From: an uncultured Gemmatimonadaceae bacterium
GTDB lineage: Bacteria; Gemmatimonadota; Gemmatimonadetes; Gemmatimonadales; Gemmatimonadaceae
Assembly (NCBI GenBank): GCA_963822945.1
Contig: CAWGJO010000024.1
Location: 32,001-96,000, forward strand
Direction: 5' to 3'
DNA: 64,000 bases
Position numbers and translations under genes: made by a program. Positions 20,877 through 31,677 of the stretch are shown one piece after another (the first letter of the stretch is position 1; each line of letters opens with the position of its first letter). The notes below the pieces were generated by a model. The model saw only the letters and a program-made list of their open reading frames with translations. It was not told the origin of the DNA and did no database searches.

Positions 20877-22403
20877 CTACGGCTTGGCGGTGCTCGCCGT
20901 ATTCGGGGTCACGGGGGCGGTCGGGATGCTGCGCATGATGCCGGCCCGGGCCAGCCGGACGAACCGGTCGGGCACGATGCCGAGCAACAGGATCGCGATC
21001 ACACTGAACAGTACCACGGCCCGAGTCAGCGCGGGCGTCGGCCCGGGGGCCTCGGCCCCTTCGGGCCTCGGCTTCATGAACATTACCATCACGACGTACA
21101 GATAGTAGCCCGCCGACACCACGGTGGTCAGCACCAGGACGACGGCCAGCGTCGTTTGCGGGGTCGGTGACTGCAGGGCCGCCTGCAGCACGTACCACTT
21201 GGCGAAGAACCCCGCCCCCCCGAACACCGGGAAGCCCAGCATGGAGAGCATGAGTACGCCCATGCCGAGCGCGAGCCAGGGTCGCACCGACCAGAGGCCG
21301 GCGAAGTCGTCGATCATCACCGGGCGGTCGCCCGAACGGGAGAGGACGATGATGACGGCGAAGGCACCGAACGTGGCCAACGTGTAGGCCAACAGGTAGA
21401 AGAGCATGGCCGAGCCGGCCTGGGTGCTGGCCGAGGCGAGGGCCACGAGCAGGAACCCGGCGTGGGCGATGCTGGAGTAGGCCAGCATCCGCTTGATGTT
21501 GCGCTGGGCCAACCCGATGGCGTTGCCGACGATCATCGTCGCGATCGCCAGGCCTGCCACGACCGGCTGCCATTCGTGGAAGGTGGCCGGGAACGCTTCC
21601 ATCCATACCCGGAGGAGGGCCGCGAACGCAGCGGCCTTGACCGTGGCCGCCATGTAGGCCGTGATCGGCGACGGCGCGCCGTCGTAGACGTCCGGCGCCC
21701 ACATGTGGAACGGCACCGCCGCCACCTTGAACCCGAAGCCGACGAGCAGGAGCCCGGTGCCGATGAGGACCAGCGGGCTGCGCGTGAGGCCGACGCCGGA
21801 GATTCGGGCCGCGATGTCGGCGAGATTCGTGGTCCCCGTGGCGCCGTAGATCAGCGCCATGCCGTACAACAGGAACGCCGTGGCGAAGGCGCCGAGAAGG
21901 AAGTACTTGAGAGCGCCCTCCGCCCCCCGCGCGCTGCGCCGGTTGATGGCGGCGAGCGAGTACACCGACAGCGACATCAGTTCGATGCCGAGGAAGACGA
22001 TCATCAGATCCTGGGCCGCCGCGAGCAGCATCATGCCCGACGATGCGAACAGGATGAGGACGTGCGACTCGGCGACGCCGATCTGCTGCCGATCGTTGTC
22101 GTCGATGGTGAGCGCAATGGCGAACAGGGTGCCCAGCAGGATCACCGCGTCGGCCATCCACCGGAAGTTGTCCACGGCAATGGGCCCGGCCGTCGCGGTG
22201 CGCTGCTGGTACAGGCTCCAGATGGCGTAGATACCGACCACGACGGTGAGCATCATGCTGGCGATGCCCACCGAGCGTTGGTGGGCCACGCTCGGCTGCC
22301 GCCAGGCCGCCCACAGGAGCAGCAACGCCGCACCGCCCATCAGCAGGAGGTCGGGCCCCAGCGCCGTCATCAGCTGCGACGGGATCGCGAGATCGAATTG
22401 CAT
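20877..22403 (-). CDS. nuoN: NADH-quinone oxidoreductase subunit N
   Basis: EGALKYFLLG, FKVAAVPFHMWAPDVYDG, KRMLAYSSIAH. Confidence 0.96.
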   Translation of the reverse strand: MQFDLAIPSQLMTALGPDLLLMGGAALLLLWAAWRQPSVAHQRSVGIASMMLTVVVGIYAIWSLYQQRTATAGPIAVDNFRWMADAVILLGTLFAIALTIDDNDRQQIGVAESHVLILFASSGMMLLAAAQDLMIVFLGIELMSLSVYSLAAINRRSARGAEGALKYFLLGAFATAFLLYGMALIYGATGTTNLADIAARISGVGLTRSPLVLIGTGLLLVGFGFKVAAVPFHMWAPDVYDGAPSPITAYMAATVKAAAFAALLRVWMEAFPATFHEWQPVVAGLAIATMIVGNAIGLAQRNIKRMLAYSSIAHAGFLLVALASASTQAGSAMLFYLLAYTLATFGAFAVIIVLSRSGDRPVMIDDFAGLWSVRPWLALGMGVLMLSMLGFPVFGGAGFFAKWYVLQAALQSPTPQTTLAVVLVLTTVVSAGYYLYVVMVMFMKPRPEGAEAPGPTPALTRAVVLFSVIAILLLGIVPDRFVRLARAGIMRSIPTAPVTPNTASTAKP

Positions 22404-23995
22404 CAGTTGGCCCCCTCCGCCACGGTGTGCACGGCGCGGGTCTGCACGGACTGGACGAAGTGCTCGGCCGAGGTCTGCATGCGGGAGAGCACGGGCTTGG
22501 GATAGACGCCCAGCCAGATGATGGCGGCCAGGAGCGGAACGAGCAGCGCCAACTCGCGGCGATTGAGGTCGGGGATGTGGAAGTTCACGGGCTTGTCGAG
22601 GCGGTTGAACAGCACGCGCTGGATGGCCCACAGCATGTAGGCGGCGGAGAAGATCACCGCCGTCGCCGCAACGAACGCGAACACCGGGTAGGTGCGGAAC
22701 GCACCGATGAGCACGAGGAATTCACCCACGAATCCGTTGGTGCCCGGGACGCCGATGCTGCTGAACGTGACCAGGGTGAGCGCGGCCGCGAACATCGGGA
22801 CCACGCGGGCAATGCCGCCGTAATCCTCGATCAGCCGCGTGTGACGCCGCTCGTAGATCATGCCGATCAGGAAGAAGAGCGCGCCGGTGGAGATGCCGTG
22901 GTTGATCATGACCATCAACGCGCCCTGCACGCTCTGCACGGTGAGCGCGAAGATGCCCAGCATCACGAACCCGAGGTGGCTCACCGACGAATAGGCCACG
23001 AGCTTCTTGAAGTCCGGCTGCACCAGCGACACGAGCGCCCCGTACACGATGCCGATCACGGCCAGCGTGAGGATGATTGCACGCACCGTAGCGTTCGTGG
23101 CCGCCGTCGGGAACAGCGGGACGGCGAGCCGCAGGAACCCGAAGGTACCGAGCTTGAGCATGATGCTCGCCAGCACGACGGAGCCCGCGGTGGGCGCCTC
23201 GACGTGCGCGTCGGGCAGCCACGTATGGAACGGGAACATCGGCACCTTCACCGCGAAGGCGAGGAAGAAGGCGCCGAACAGCCAGAACGACGCCGCGCCG
23301 CTCATGTTCGCGTGCTGCAGAATGACGTCGTAGTTGAAATTCGGGATCCCGGTGGCGGGCGAGGCCGCCGACAACCCGAGGTACACGATCGCCACCAGCA
23401 TCAGCAGCGAGCCGACCATCGTGTAGATGAAGAACTTCATGCTGGCGTAGATCCGCCGGTTGCCGCCCCATACGCCGATGATGAAGTACATCGGGACCAG
23501 CATCACTTCCCACATCACGTAGAACAGGAACAGGTCGAGCGACATGAAGACGCCCAACATGCCCGCCGTGAGGATGAGCAGGAGCGCGTAGTAGGTGTGC
23601 GCCCGCTTGCGGATGCTCGTCCAACTCCCGAGCACGGCCAGCGTCATCGTGAACGTGGTGAGCAGGATCATCATCAGCGAGATGCCGTCGATGCCCACCC
23701 GGAAGTGAATGCCCCACGACGGGATCCACGGCAGGTCGTAGACCGCCTGCCACCCGGCATTGGTGATGTCGTAGGACCACCAGAGGCCCAGCGACACGAG
23801 GAATTCGACGAGGAAGGTGACGAACGCGATCAGGCGGGGTGTGGTGGCCATCCCCGACTCGACGTCGTCGTCACCCGGCGCGCCGCGGCCCGGCAACCCC
23901 TGCACCCAGATCACGAGTGCGCCCAGCGTCGGGATCAGGAGCAGCACCGGCAGCACCCAGTGCGAGTACCCGATGGAGGTCAGGAATGCGTTCAT
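22403..23995 (-). CDS. nuoM: NADH-quinone oxidoreductase subunit M
   Basis: FHTWLPDAHVEAPT, KKLVAYSSVSHLG. Confidence 0.97.
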   Translation of the reverse strand: MNAFLTSIGYSHWVLPVLLLIPTLGALVIWVQGLPGRGAPGDDDVESGMATTPRLIAFVTFLVEFLVSLGLWWSYDITNAGWQAVYDLPWIPSWGIHFRVGIDGISLMMILLTTFTMTLAVLGSWTSIRKRAHTYYALLLILTAGMLGVFMSLDLFLFYVMWEVMLVPMYFIIGVWGGNRRIYASMKFFIYTMVGSLLMLVAIVYLGLSAASPATGIPNFNYDVILQHANMSGAASFWLFGAFFLAFAVKVPMFPFHTWLPDAHVEAPTAGSVVLASIMLKLGTFGFLRLAVPLFPTAATNATVRAIILTLAVIGIVYGALVSLVQPDFKKLVAYSSVSHLGFVMLGIFALTVQSVQGALMVMINHGISTGALFFLIGMIYERRHTRLIEDYGGIARVVPMFAAALTLVTFSSIGVPGTNGFVGEFLVLIGAFRTYPVFAFVAATAVIFSAAYMLWAIQRVLFNRLDKPVNFHIPDLNRRELALLVPLLAAIIWLGVYPKPVLSRMQTSAEHFVQSVQTRAVHTVAEGAN

Positions 23996-26193
23996 GGGAG
24001 CACCGCGTGGTGGAAGGCGCCGAGCACGAACAACACGCCGATGACCAGGATCCAGGCGTACGTGCCGAGTTGGCCGGACTGCAGCTGCGATCCCAGCCAG
24101 CCGGCGAACCGGGCCGCCCAGGCGCTCCCGTTCACCATCAACCCGTCGATGAGGCCGACGTCGATGCCGCGCCAGAGCAGGTTGCGGGACACGCCGTACG
24201 TGCCCTTGACCACGGTGGCGTCGTAGAACTCATCGACGTAGTACTTGTCCAGCAGCACCCGCTCGAAGCCCTCCTCGGGCTTGGCCTGCGCCTTGGGCAC
24301 CAGGGCAGCCGGCTTGAGCACGATGAGGGCGGTGGCGATGCCCGCGATGGCGACGCCGATCGCTACCACGATGAGCAGCGTCTCGGTGCTCGTGGACGCC
24401 GCCTCGCCGGCGGTGCCGATCACCCGCGCCGTGCCGGCCCCCACCACCGGGTCGAGCCAGTGCTCGAGGGCGCCAGTGGGGCCAAGCGGGATGGCGTGGG
24501 TGATGATCTCCGGCAGGTTGAACCACCCGCCGACCGCGCTGAGGATGCCGAGCACCAGCAGCGGGCCGGTCATGATCCAGGGCGCCTCGGCCAGATGCCC
24601 GCGCTCCTTCTCCCCGGTCCGATTGGGTCCGTGGAAGGTGTAGAGCATCAGGCGCGTCATGTAGATGGCGGTGAGCAGCGCGGCGGCCAGTCCAATGGCA
24701 TACGCGAAGTACAGCACCGCCGTGCCCGGAATGCCCAGCCAGTGGGCCTGGGCGAGCGTGCTGCCCTGCGCGCGCTGGAACACGGTGCCCAGAATCTCAT
24801 CCTTCGAGAAGAAGCCGGCAAAGGGCGGAATCCCCGAGATGGCCAGCGTCGCGATCCACATCAGCACCCAGGTGAACGGCATGTAGCGGCGCAGGCCGCC
24901 CATGTTCCGCATGTCCTGCGCGTCGTTGTGGCTGTGCGTGTGGTGGTAGGCCTGGTGCATCATATGGATCACCGAGCCCGCCCCGAGGAAGAGCAGCGCC
25001 TTGAAGAAGGCGTGCGTCATCAGGTGGAAGATGCCGGCCACGTACGCCCCCGCCCCGACGCCCACGAACATGTAGCCGAGCTGGGACACCGTGGAGTACG
25101 CGAGCACCTTCTTGATGTCCCACTGCTTGAGGCCGATGGTGGCGGCGAAGAAGGCGGTGATTGCGCCGATGGTGACCACGGTGAGGCCGGCCACCGGCGC
25201 CGCCGCGAAGATGAAGTTGCTGCGCGCGATCAGGTACACGCCCGCCGTGACCATCGTGGCGGCGTGGATCAGCGCCGAGACCGGCGTCGGGCCGGCCATC
25301 GCGTCGGGCAGCCAGATGTACAGCGGAATCTGCGCGCTCTTGCCGGCGCACCCGAGGAAGAAGAAGAGGGCGATGGTCGTGATCAGCGGGCCGCCGAACA
25401 CGAACTGGCCCGCCTGTGCCTGCAGCGCCGAGAAGTCCAGCGTCCCGAAGTTGGCGAACAGCAGGAACATCGCGATCAGGAAACCGAAGTCGCCGATGCG
25501 GTTGACGATGAACGCCTTCTTGCCCGCGTCGGCGTTGGCCTTCTCGCTGAACCAGAAGCCGATCAGCAGGTAGGAGCAGAGGCCGACGCCCTCCCAGCCG
25601 ATGAACAGCAGCGGGTAGTTGGCCCCCAGCACCAGCACCAGCATGAAGAAGACGAACAGGTTGAGGTACGCGAAGTAGCGCGGGTACCCCGGGTCCTCCT
25701 GCATGTAGCCGACGCTGAACAGGTGGATGAGCATGCCGACGCCCGTGACCACCAGGACCATCACCATCGACAGTTGGTCGAGACGGAAGGCGACGTCGAT
25801 CGACAGATCGCCCACCGGCATCCAGGAGAAGTAGCGCTGGATGAACGGGGCCGTCATATCGGCGACGGCGTGCATGCGGATGAAGATGGCGAAGGCCAGC
25901 AGGAACGCCGCGACCAGCACGCCGGGCCCGACGATGCTGACGATGCCGGCGTACCGGTGGCGGGTTGGCCCGTGATCGTCGTGGCCGGCGTCGGCGTGCG
26001 CCGCGTCGTCCCCATGCGCGGCGTGCGACGCCGCCGTGGGATCCGCGGGGCCGAACTTGGCGACCGACGTCAGCGCGAGCAGGCCGTTGATCAGGAACCC
26101 GAGCAACGGCAAGAGCGGGATGGCCCACATCCACACGGCGATCGTGCCGGCGAGCGGATGGGTTCCCGGAGAAACCGCAGTTTGAAGGAGCAT
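23992..26193 (-). CDS. nuoL: NADH-quinone oxidoreductase subunit L
   Basis: KAFIVNRIGD, WLPDAMAGPTPVSALIHAATMV, HAFFKALLFLGAG. Confidence 0.97.
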   Translation of the reverse strand: MLLQTAVSPGTHPLAGTIAVWMWAIPLLPLLGFLINGLLALTSVAKFGPADPTAASHAAHGDDAAHADAGHDDHGPTRHRYAGIVSIVGPGVLVAAFLLAFAIFIRMHAVADMTAPFIQRYFSWMPVGDLSIDVAFRLDQLSMVMVLVVTGVGMLIHLFSVGYMQEDPGYPRYFAYLNLFVFFMLVLVLGANYPLLFIGWEGVGLCSYLLIGFWFSEKANADAGKKAFIVNRIGDFGFLIAMFLLFANFGTLDFSALQAQAGQFVFGGPLITTIALFFFLGCAGKSAQIPLYIWLPDAMAGPTPVSALIHAATMVTAGVYLIARSNFIFAAAPVAGLTVVTIGAITAFFAATIGLKQWDIKKVLAYSTVSQLGYMFVGVGAGAYVAGIFHLMTHAFFKALLFLGAGSVIHMMHQAYHHTHSHNDAQDMRNMGGLRRYMPFTWVLMWIATLAISGIPPFAGFFSKDEILGTVFQRAQGSTLAQAHWLGIPGTAVLYFAYAIGLAAALLTAIYMTRLMLYTFHGPNRTGEKERGHLAEAPWIMTGPLLVLGILSAVGGWFNLPEIITHAIPLGPTGALEHWLDPVVGAGTARVIGTAGEAASTSTETLLIVVAIGVAIAGIATALIVLKPAALVPKAQAKPEEGFERVLLDKYYVDEFYDATVVKGTYGVSRNLLWRGIDVGLIDGLMVNGSAWAARFAGWLGSQLQSGQLGTYAWILVIGVLFVLGAFHHAVLP

Positions 26194-26486
26194 CAGCCCT
26201 TCAGCAGGTTGATGTTCTGGAGGTTGACCGTGTGCCGGTGGCGGAAGAGCGCGATGATGATCGCGAGGCCAACGGCGGCCTCGGCGGCCGCGACGGTCAT
26301 GACGAGGAACACGAACACCTGGCCGCCCGCGCCATACACGCGCGAGAAGGCGACGAACGTCAGGTTCACGGCGTTGAGCATCAGCTCCACGCACATGAAC
26401 AGGATGATGGCGTTGCGCCGCGTGAGCACGCCGACGACGCCGATCGTGAACAGCACGGCCGAGAAGAACAGGGACTCAGCGAGCAT
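26193..26486 (-). CDS. nuoK: NADH-quinone oxidoreductase subunit K
   Basis: [29 protein letters not shown]. Confidence 0.97.
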   Translation of the reverse strand: MLAESLFFSAVLFTIGVVGVLTRRNAIILFMCVELMLNAVNLTFVAFSRVYGAGGQVFVFLVMTVAAAEAAVGLAIIIALFRHRHTVNLQNINLLKG

Positions 26487-27024
26487 CGGTCCTCCGCTTG
26501 CCCAGCACGACGGCGCCGACGATGGCGGTGAGCAGCACCATGCTGGTGACCTCGAAGGCCAACAAATATTCGTGGAAGAGTGGGCCGGCGATCGGCGCGA
26601 TGGCGCCCTGCGCGGCGACCTGCTCGGCGGCATATCCCGCCGGGAGCGCGAACCGCTCGGCCACCGTGCCGCGGACCAGGGCGAACAGCTCGGCCAGCAG
26701 GCCCAGCGCCACGGCGCCGGCGGCGAGCTTCCACCCCAGGCTGCGGGCGTCGGCGAGCTGCGAGGGCTCGCCCAGGTTGAGCAGCATGATCACGAACAGG
26801 AACACGACCATGATCGCGCCGGCGTAGACCAGCACCTGGATGACGCCGATGAACTGCGCATCGAGCATCACGTACAGTGCCGCCAGCGAGAACATCGTGA
26901 CCACGAGCCACATCGCCGCCGACACCGGGCTCTTGCGCGTCACGAACACCACCGCCGACACCATGGCGATGAGGCCGAACAGGTAGAAGTGAAAGGCGTA
27001 GAAGAGCGAAACCTGTTGCGGCAT
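26476..27024 (-). CDS. nuoJ: NADH-quinone oxidoreductase subunit J
   Basis: [39 protein letters not shown]. Confidence 0.96.
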   Translation of the reverse strand: MPQQVSLFYAFHFYLFGLIAMVSAVVFVTRKSPVSAAMWLVVTMFSLAALYVMLDAQFIGVIQVLVYAGAIMVVFLFVIMLLNLGEPSQLADARSLGWKLAAGAVALGLLAELFALVRGTVAERFALPAGYAAEQVAAQGAIAPIAGPLFHEYLLAFEVTSMVLLTAIVGAVVLGKRRTDAR

Positions 27025-27518
27025 CACTCCCCCTTGGGATCGGCGGGATCCCACATCTCGCACACCGGGTGCGTCTGCGCCGTCAGCCGTTCCAGGTCGT
27101 ACACGAACCCCTGACGGCTGTACTCCGAGTTCTCGTAGTGCCGGCCCAGGTGGATCGCCTCTTCCGGACACACCTCCTGGCAATAGCCGCAGAAGATGCA
27201 CCGGAATTCGTCGATCTCGAAGATCAGCGGATAGCGATTCCCCTGCTCGTCCTCACCCGGTACCAGCTTGATGCAGTTGGCCGGACAGACCGTCGGGCAG
27301 AGGCCGCAGGCCACACATTTCGCCTTGCCGGTCTCGGTGGTGAGCATGCGATGCGTGCCCCGCCACCGCGGCGAGAGCGTCTTCTTCTGTTCGGGGTACT
27401 GCGTGGTCACCTTCTGCCGCAGCAGGTGCTGCGCCGTGAGCGCCATGCCCTTCAGCGTGGCGCGCACGTAACTCGTTTGCTCGATGGGGCGGTCGAGCAC
27501 CTTGACGCCAATTGCCAT
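27024..27518 (-). CDS. nuoI: NADH-quinone oxidoreductase subunit I
   Basis: Two [4Fe-4S] motifs: CVACGLCPTVCP and CIFCGYCQEVCP. Confidence 0.96.
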   Translation of the reverse strand: MAIGVKVLDRPIEQTSYVRATLKGMALTAQHLLRQKVTTQYPEQKKTLSPRWRGTHRMLTTETGKAKCVACGLCPTVCPANCIKLVPGEDEQGNRYPLIFEIDEFRCIFCGYCQEVCPEEAIHLGRHYENSEYSRQGFVYDLERLTAQTHPVCEMWDPADPKGE

Positions 27519-28798
27519 CAGTTGCGGCCCTCCGCCACCAACGTCGAGCGCGCCGACGCGGCGCGCAGCTTGTCGACGTTGCGTTTGTCGAGACGTGAAT
27601 AGGCCGGACTGATCAGCCGGCCGCGATCGATGAGCAGGAACAGGATGCCCACCAGCACCACGTTGAGCGCCAGCAGGGAGAGGCCGAACGGCCACGACCC
27701 GCGCGCCACGCCGGCGGCATCGAGCCCGAGGATCGCGCTGGCCATGATCACGATGTAGCTGAGTGACAGCGGCAGCATGAACTTCCAGCCGAGCGCCATC
27801 AGCTGGTCGTACCGGAATCGCGGCAGCGTCCAACGGATCCAGATGAAGAGGAAGAGGAAGAAGCCCGTCTTGAAGGCGAAGAAGAGCGCGGTCGCGAGCG
27901 TCTTCCAGGCCGTCCACGGCGCCACGTCCCAGTGGCCCGGGATGTCCCACCCACCGAAGAACAGCGTCACCATCAGCGCGCTCGCCGTCACCATGTTCGC
28001 GTACTCGGCGATGAAGAACATCGAGAACTTCATCGCGCTGTACTCGGAGTGGTAGCCGGCCACCAGTTCGGACTCCGCCTCGGGCAGGTCGAACGGCAGG
28101 CGGTTCGTTTCGGCGAACGCCGCCACCAGGAAGATCATGAACGAGACGGTGAGGCCGAGGACGTTCCACAGCCCATGCGCCTGCTGCATCACGATGTCGT
28201 TGAGCGCCACGTTGCCCGAGAGCAGCAGCACGGGGATGGTCGACATCCCCATCGCAATCTCGTACGACACCATCTGGGCGCTCGACCGGAGCCCGCCCAG
28301 CAGCGCGTACTTGTTGTTGGAGCTCCACCCGGCGAGCACGATTCCGTACACGCCCAACGACGAGATGGCGAGGATGAAGAGGTACCCCACCGGGAGCGGG
28401 GCGACCACCATCTGCACCAGGCCCTCGGGGGTGGGGAGCGGCGAGGCGAAGGGGATCACCGCCCACGTGAGAAACGCGGGCACGAACGCCAGGGCCGGCG
28501 CCAGCACGAACAGCGTGAGGTTCGCCGCCCCCGGATACGTCTCCTCCTTCATGATGTTCTTGAGCCCGTCGGCCAGCGGCTGGAAGAGACCCGTCGGCCC
28601 CACGCGGTTGGGCCCGTGCCGGTCCTGGATCCAGCCCGACACCTTCCGTTCGGCCAGCGTGAGGTAGGCCACCGCGCCCATGTAGAGCGCGAAGAACACC
28701 AGCATCTTCACGATGGTGAACAGCAGCGACCAGCCCTCCGAGACCGGCGGGAGCTGCGGGTTCACCACCTGCAACAGCGGATGGACGACGGGAATCAT
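27518..28798 (-). CDS. nuoH: NADH-quinone oxidoreductase subunit H
   Basis: ERKVSGWIQDRHGPNRVG, ETNRLPFDLPEAESELVAGY, LPRFRYDQLM. Confidence 0.97.
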   Translation of the reverse strand: MIPVVHPLLQVVNPQLPPVSEGWSLLFTIVKMLVFFALYMGAVAYLTLAERKVSGWIQDRHGPNRVGPTGLFQPLADGLKNIMKEETYPGAANLTLFVLAPALAFVPAFLTWAVIPFASPLPTPEGLVQMVVAPLPVGYLFILAISSLGVYGIVLAGWSSNNKYALLGGLRSSAQMVSYEIAMGMSTIPVLLLSGNVALNDIVMQQAHGLWNVLGLTVSFMIFLVAAFAETNRLPFDLPEAESELVAGYHSEYSAMKFSMFFIAEYANMVTASALMVTLFFGGWDIPGHWDVAPWTAWKTLATALFFAFKTGFFLFLFIWIRWTLPRFRYDQLMALGWKFMLPLSLSYIVIMASAILGLDAAGVARGSWPFGLSLLALNVVLVGILFLLIDRGRLISPAYSRLDKRNVDKLRAASARSTLVAEGRN

Positions 28799-30363
28799 GC
28801 GGTCGCTCCAGCCGTGGCGCTCTTCACGAGCGCGCCCTTGAGACCCAGCGTGTCGTAGGACATTCCGGCGAATTCAGGGTGGGACGCGGCGAGCGCGTCA
28901 AAGACGTCGTTGGCCAGCATGTAGTCCGCCGGCTCGCCGGCCGCCGCGAGCAGGTCGGCCGTCGCCAGCCAGCTCGGCCTGCTGAAGCCGGGGCTCGACT
29001 TGGCCTGGCGGAAGCGCTGTACGCGCCCGCGGAGGTTGGTGAGCGTTCCCTCCTCCTCCACCATGTTCGCGATGGGCAGGACGACGGCGGCGGCGTGGCG
29101 GGCCCACGCGGGAAGAGTGGTCCCGATCACGATGATCGCGCCGGCCCGGGCGACGTCGGGCGCGTCCAGCCCCGCCAGCTCCTCGTCGGCCACGATCAGC
29201 ACGTCGCCGGCCTGCATTGCGGCGAGCGGCGCGTCGGCGCGGGTGAACCCGAGCAACTCGGCCCCCCGACCGTTGGCGGCGCGGTCGGCCCGCCGGGCCA
29301 GGTCGGCAACGCCGGGCAGAGGCGCCTCGGCGCCCTGCCGCACGCGGAACGCGCCGGCGCCGCCGGTCTTCTGCACGAGGCGGGAGAGCAGGAAGAGCGT
29401 CTCGTTGGGCAGATTGGGCGAGGCGAGCACGAATGCCCGCTTACCCGACAGCAGCCTGGCGGCCTCGGCCGTGGCGGCTTCCCACTCGGCGGTGGCCAGC
29501 ACGGCCCCCTGCCGGACCATCGGAAAGTCCAGGCGATCCTGCCGGTTCATCCACCGATAGTCGAGCCGCCCCTCGTCGCACATGAAGTACTGGTTCACCG
29601 CGTCGTTGGGACGCGGCCGCAGGCGCACGACCAGGTTGTCGCGGGTCTCGACGATCATGTTGCAGCCCTGCGAACAGCCCGGGCAGATCGACGCGGTGCG
29701 GTCCACTTCCCACGCCCGCACCTTGTTCAACGAATCCTTGGAGAGCAGCGCACCCACGGGGCACAGGTCGATGACGTTGCCCGCCCAGGGATGCGTGAGG
29801 TCCTTGCCCTCGAACTTGCCGATGAGCGCGCGGTCGCCCCGCTCGCTGACGTTGAGCGCCGCGTCGTGGGCCACGTCGTCCATGAACCGCACGCATCGCG
29901 TGCAGAGGATGCACCGGTTGGCCACGTACATCACGTCGCCGCCGAAATCCTCCACCGGGTTGAACCGCTTGGGGTCGCGCGAGCGGCCCTCGGCCCGGCC
30001 TTCCTGATACGTGTAGTCCTGCAGTTCGCACTCGCCGGCCTGGTCGCAGATGGGACAGTCCAGCGGGTGATTGATGAGGAGCATTTCGAGCACGCCCTTG
30101 CGGGCCTCCAGCGCCTTCGGGGAGTGCACGTGCACCACCTGCCCCTCGGCCACCGACGTGGCGCACGACGGCGCCAGCTTCGGCATCTTCTCGACCTCGA
30201 CCAGGCACATGCGGCACACGCCGGCCACCGGGAGCCCCGGATGGTAGCAGTAGTGCGGCACGAGGATGCCCGCTGCCTTGGACGCCTCCAGAATCGAGGT
30301 GCCCTCGGGCACGGACACCGCCCGTCCTTCGATCGTCAGGTTGATCATCTTGCCATCGGCCAT
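28795..30363 (-). CDS. nuoG: NADH-quinone oxidoreductase subunit G (short, 522 aa)
   Basis: HYCYHP...VCRMCLVE, HPLDCPICDQAGECELQ, RCILCTRCVRF, CPGCSQGC. Confidence 0.93.
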   Translation of the reverse strand: MADGKMINLTIEGRAVSVPEGTSILEASKAAGILVPHYCYHPGLPVAGVCRMCLVEVEKMPKLAPSCATSVAEGQVVHVHSPKALEARKGVLEMLLINHPLDCPICDQAGECELQDYTYQEGRAEGRSRDPKRFNPVEDFGGDVMYVANRCILCTRCVRFMDDVAHDAALNVSERGDRALIGKFEGKDLTHPWAGNVIDLCPVGALLSKDSLNKVRAWEVDRTASICPGCSQGCNMIVETRDNLVVRLRPRPNDAVNQYFMCDEGRLDYRWMNRQDRLDFPMVRQGAVLATAEWEAATAEAARLLSGKRAFVLASPNLPNETLFLLSRLVQKTGGAGAFRVRQGAEAPLPGVADLARRADRAANGRGAELLGFTRADAPLAAMQAGDVLIVADEELAGLDAPDVARAGAIIVIGTTLPAWARHAAAVVLPIANMVEEEGTLTNLRGRVQRFRQAKSSPGFSRPSWLATADLLAAAGEPADYMLANDVFDALAASHPEFAGMSYDTLGLKGALVKSATAGATA

Positions 30364-31677
30364 TTATACCACCGCCGGAACCATGTGAACGGTCTTCTTC
30401 TTGATCAGCGCCTCGAAGTCGCCGCGGAACTTCTGGATGCCGGAGCTCACCGGTACGGCGCACGAGTCGCTCAGTACGCAGATGGTCTTGCCGGTCATGT
30501 TCTCCCCGATCTCGAGCAGCGTGTCGAGATCCTCGCTCGTGCCGTCGCCGGCCACGATGCGCTCGAGAATCCGCGTGGTCCACGCCGTGCCCTCGCGGCA
30601 CTGCGTGCACTGGGCGCAACTCTCGTGGGCGAAGAAGCGGGCCGCCCGGGCGATCTGCTTCACCAGATTCTGCGCGTCGTCGATCACGATCACGCCCCCC
30701 GAGCCGAGCATCGTGCCCTGCTCCACGAAGCCCTCGTAGTCCATGAAGCTGGCCTCGGCCTCCTCCGCCGTCTGGATGGGCACCGAGATCCCGCCCGGGA
30801 TGATCGCCTTGAACCGGCGGCCGGGCTTGGGGCCCCCGCACAGGTCGTACAGGAAATCCTTGAACGGGAAGCCCATCGCGACTTCGTAGTTGCCGGGCCG
30901 CTGCACGTTGCCGCACACCGAGAACAGCTTGGTCCCGGTGCTCTTGGGATTCTCGGGCCGGCCATACTGCTTGTACCAGGCCCCGCCGTTGTTGAGGATG
31001 TGCGGCACGGCGGCCAGCGTCTCGACGTTGTTGATGGTCGTGGGCTGCGCGAACACGCCCGCCACCGCCGGGAAGGGCGGCTTGATGCGCGGATTCCCGC
31101 GGCGCCCCTCGATGGAGTTCATGAGGGCGGTTTCTTCGCCGCAGATATAGGCGCCGGCGCCGCGGTGCACGTAGACGTTGACCGTCTTGCCCGTTCCCAT
31201 GGCGTTCGAGCCGAGGATGCCGGCGGCGTACGCTTCCTTGAGGGCCGCCTCCATCCGCGCGATGGGCTCGGTGAACTCGCCGCGGATGTAGATGTAGCAG
31301 GTCTCGGCACCGATCGCGTAGGCGCCGATGGCGCACCCTTCGACGAGGGCGTGCGGCGTCCAGCGCATGATCTCGCGATCCTTGAACGTGCCCGGCTCCG
31401 ATTCGTCGGCGTTGCAGCAGAGGTAGTGCGGCTTGCCGTCGCCCGGCTTCATGAACGACCACTTGACGCCGGTGGGGAACCCGGCGCCGCCGCGGCCGCG
31501 CAACCCGGATTCCTTGACGACGGCGACGATGTCGGCCGGCGCCATGCCCAGCGCCTTCTCCAGCGCGGCGTACCCGCCCCGCTGCTTCCATCCCTCGAGC
31601 GAGATCGCGTCCGCGTCCCCGAAGTACTTCGAGAGCAGCGTGGTCTCGCGGTCGTGTGGCTTGTGCGGATATCCCAT
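30364..31677 (-). CDS. nuoF: NADH-quinone oxidoreductase subunit F
   Basis: GRGGAGFPTG, NADESEPGTFKDR, GAGAYICGEET, ESCAQCTQCREG. Confidence 0.97.
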   Translation of the reverse strand: MGYPHKPHDRETTLLSKYFGDADAISLEGWKQRGGYAALEKALGMAPADIVAVVKESGLRGRGGAGFPTGVKWSFMKPGDGKPHYLCCNADESEPGTFKDREIMRWTPHALVEGCAIGAYAIGAETCYIYIRGEFTEPIARMEAALKEAYAAGILGSNAMGTGKTVNVYVHRGAGAYICGEETALMNSIEGRRGNPRIKPPFPAVAGVFAQPTTINNVETLAAVPHILNNGGAWYKQYGRPENPKSTGTKLFSVCGNVQRPGNYEVAMGFPFKDFLYDLCGGPKPGRRFKAIIPGGISVPIQTAEEAEASFMDYEGFVEQGTMLGSGGVIVIDDAQNLVKQIARAARFFAHESCAQCTQCREGTAWTTRILERIVAGDGTSEDLDTLLEIGENMTGKTICVLSDSCAVPVSSGIQKFRGDFEALIKKKTVHMVPAVV

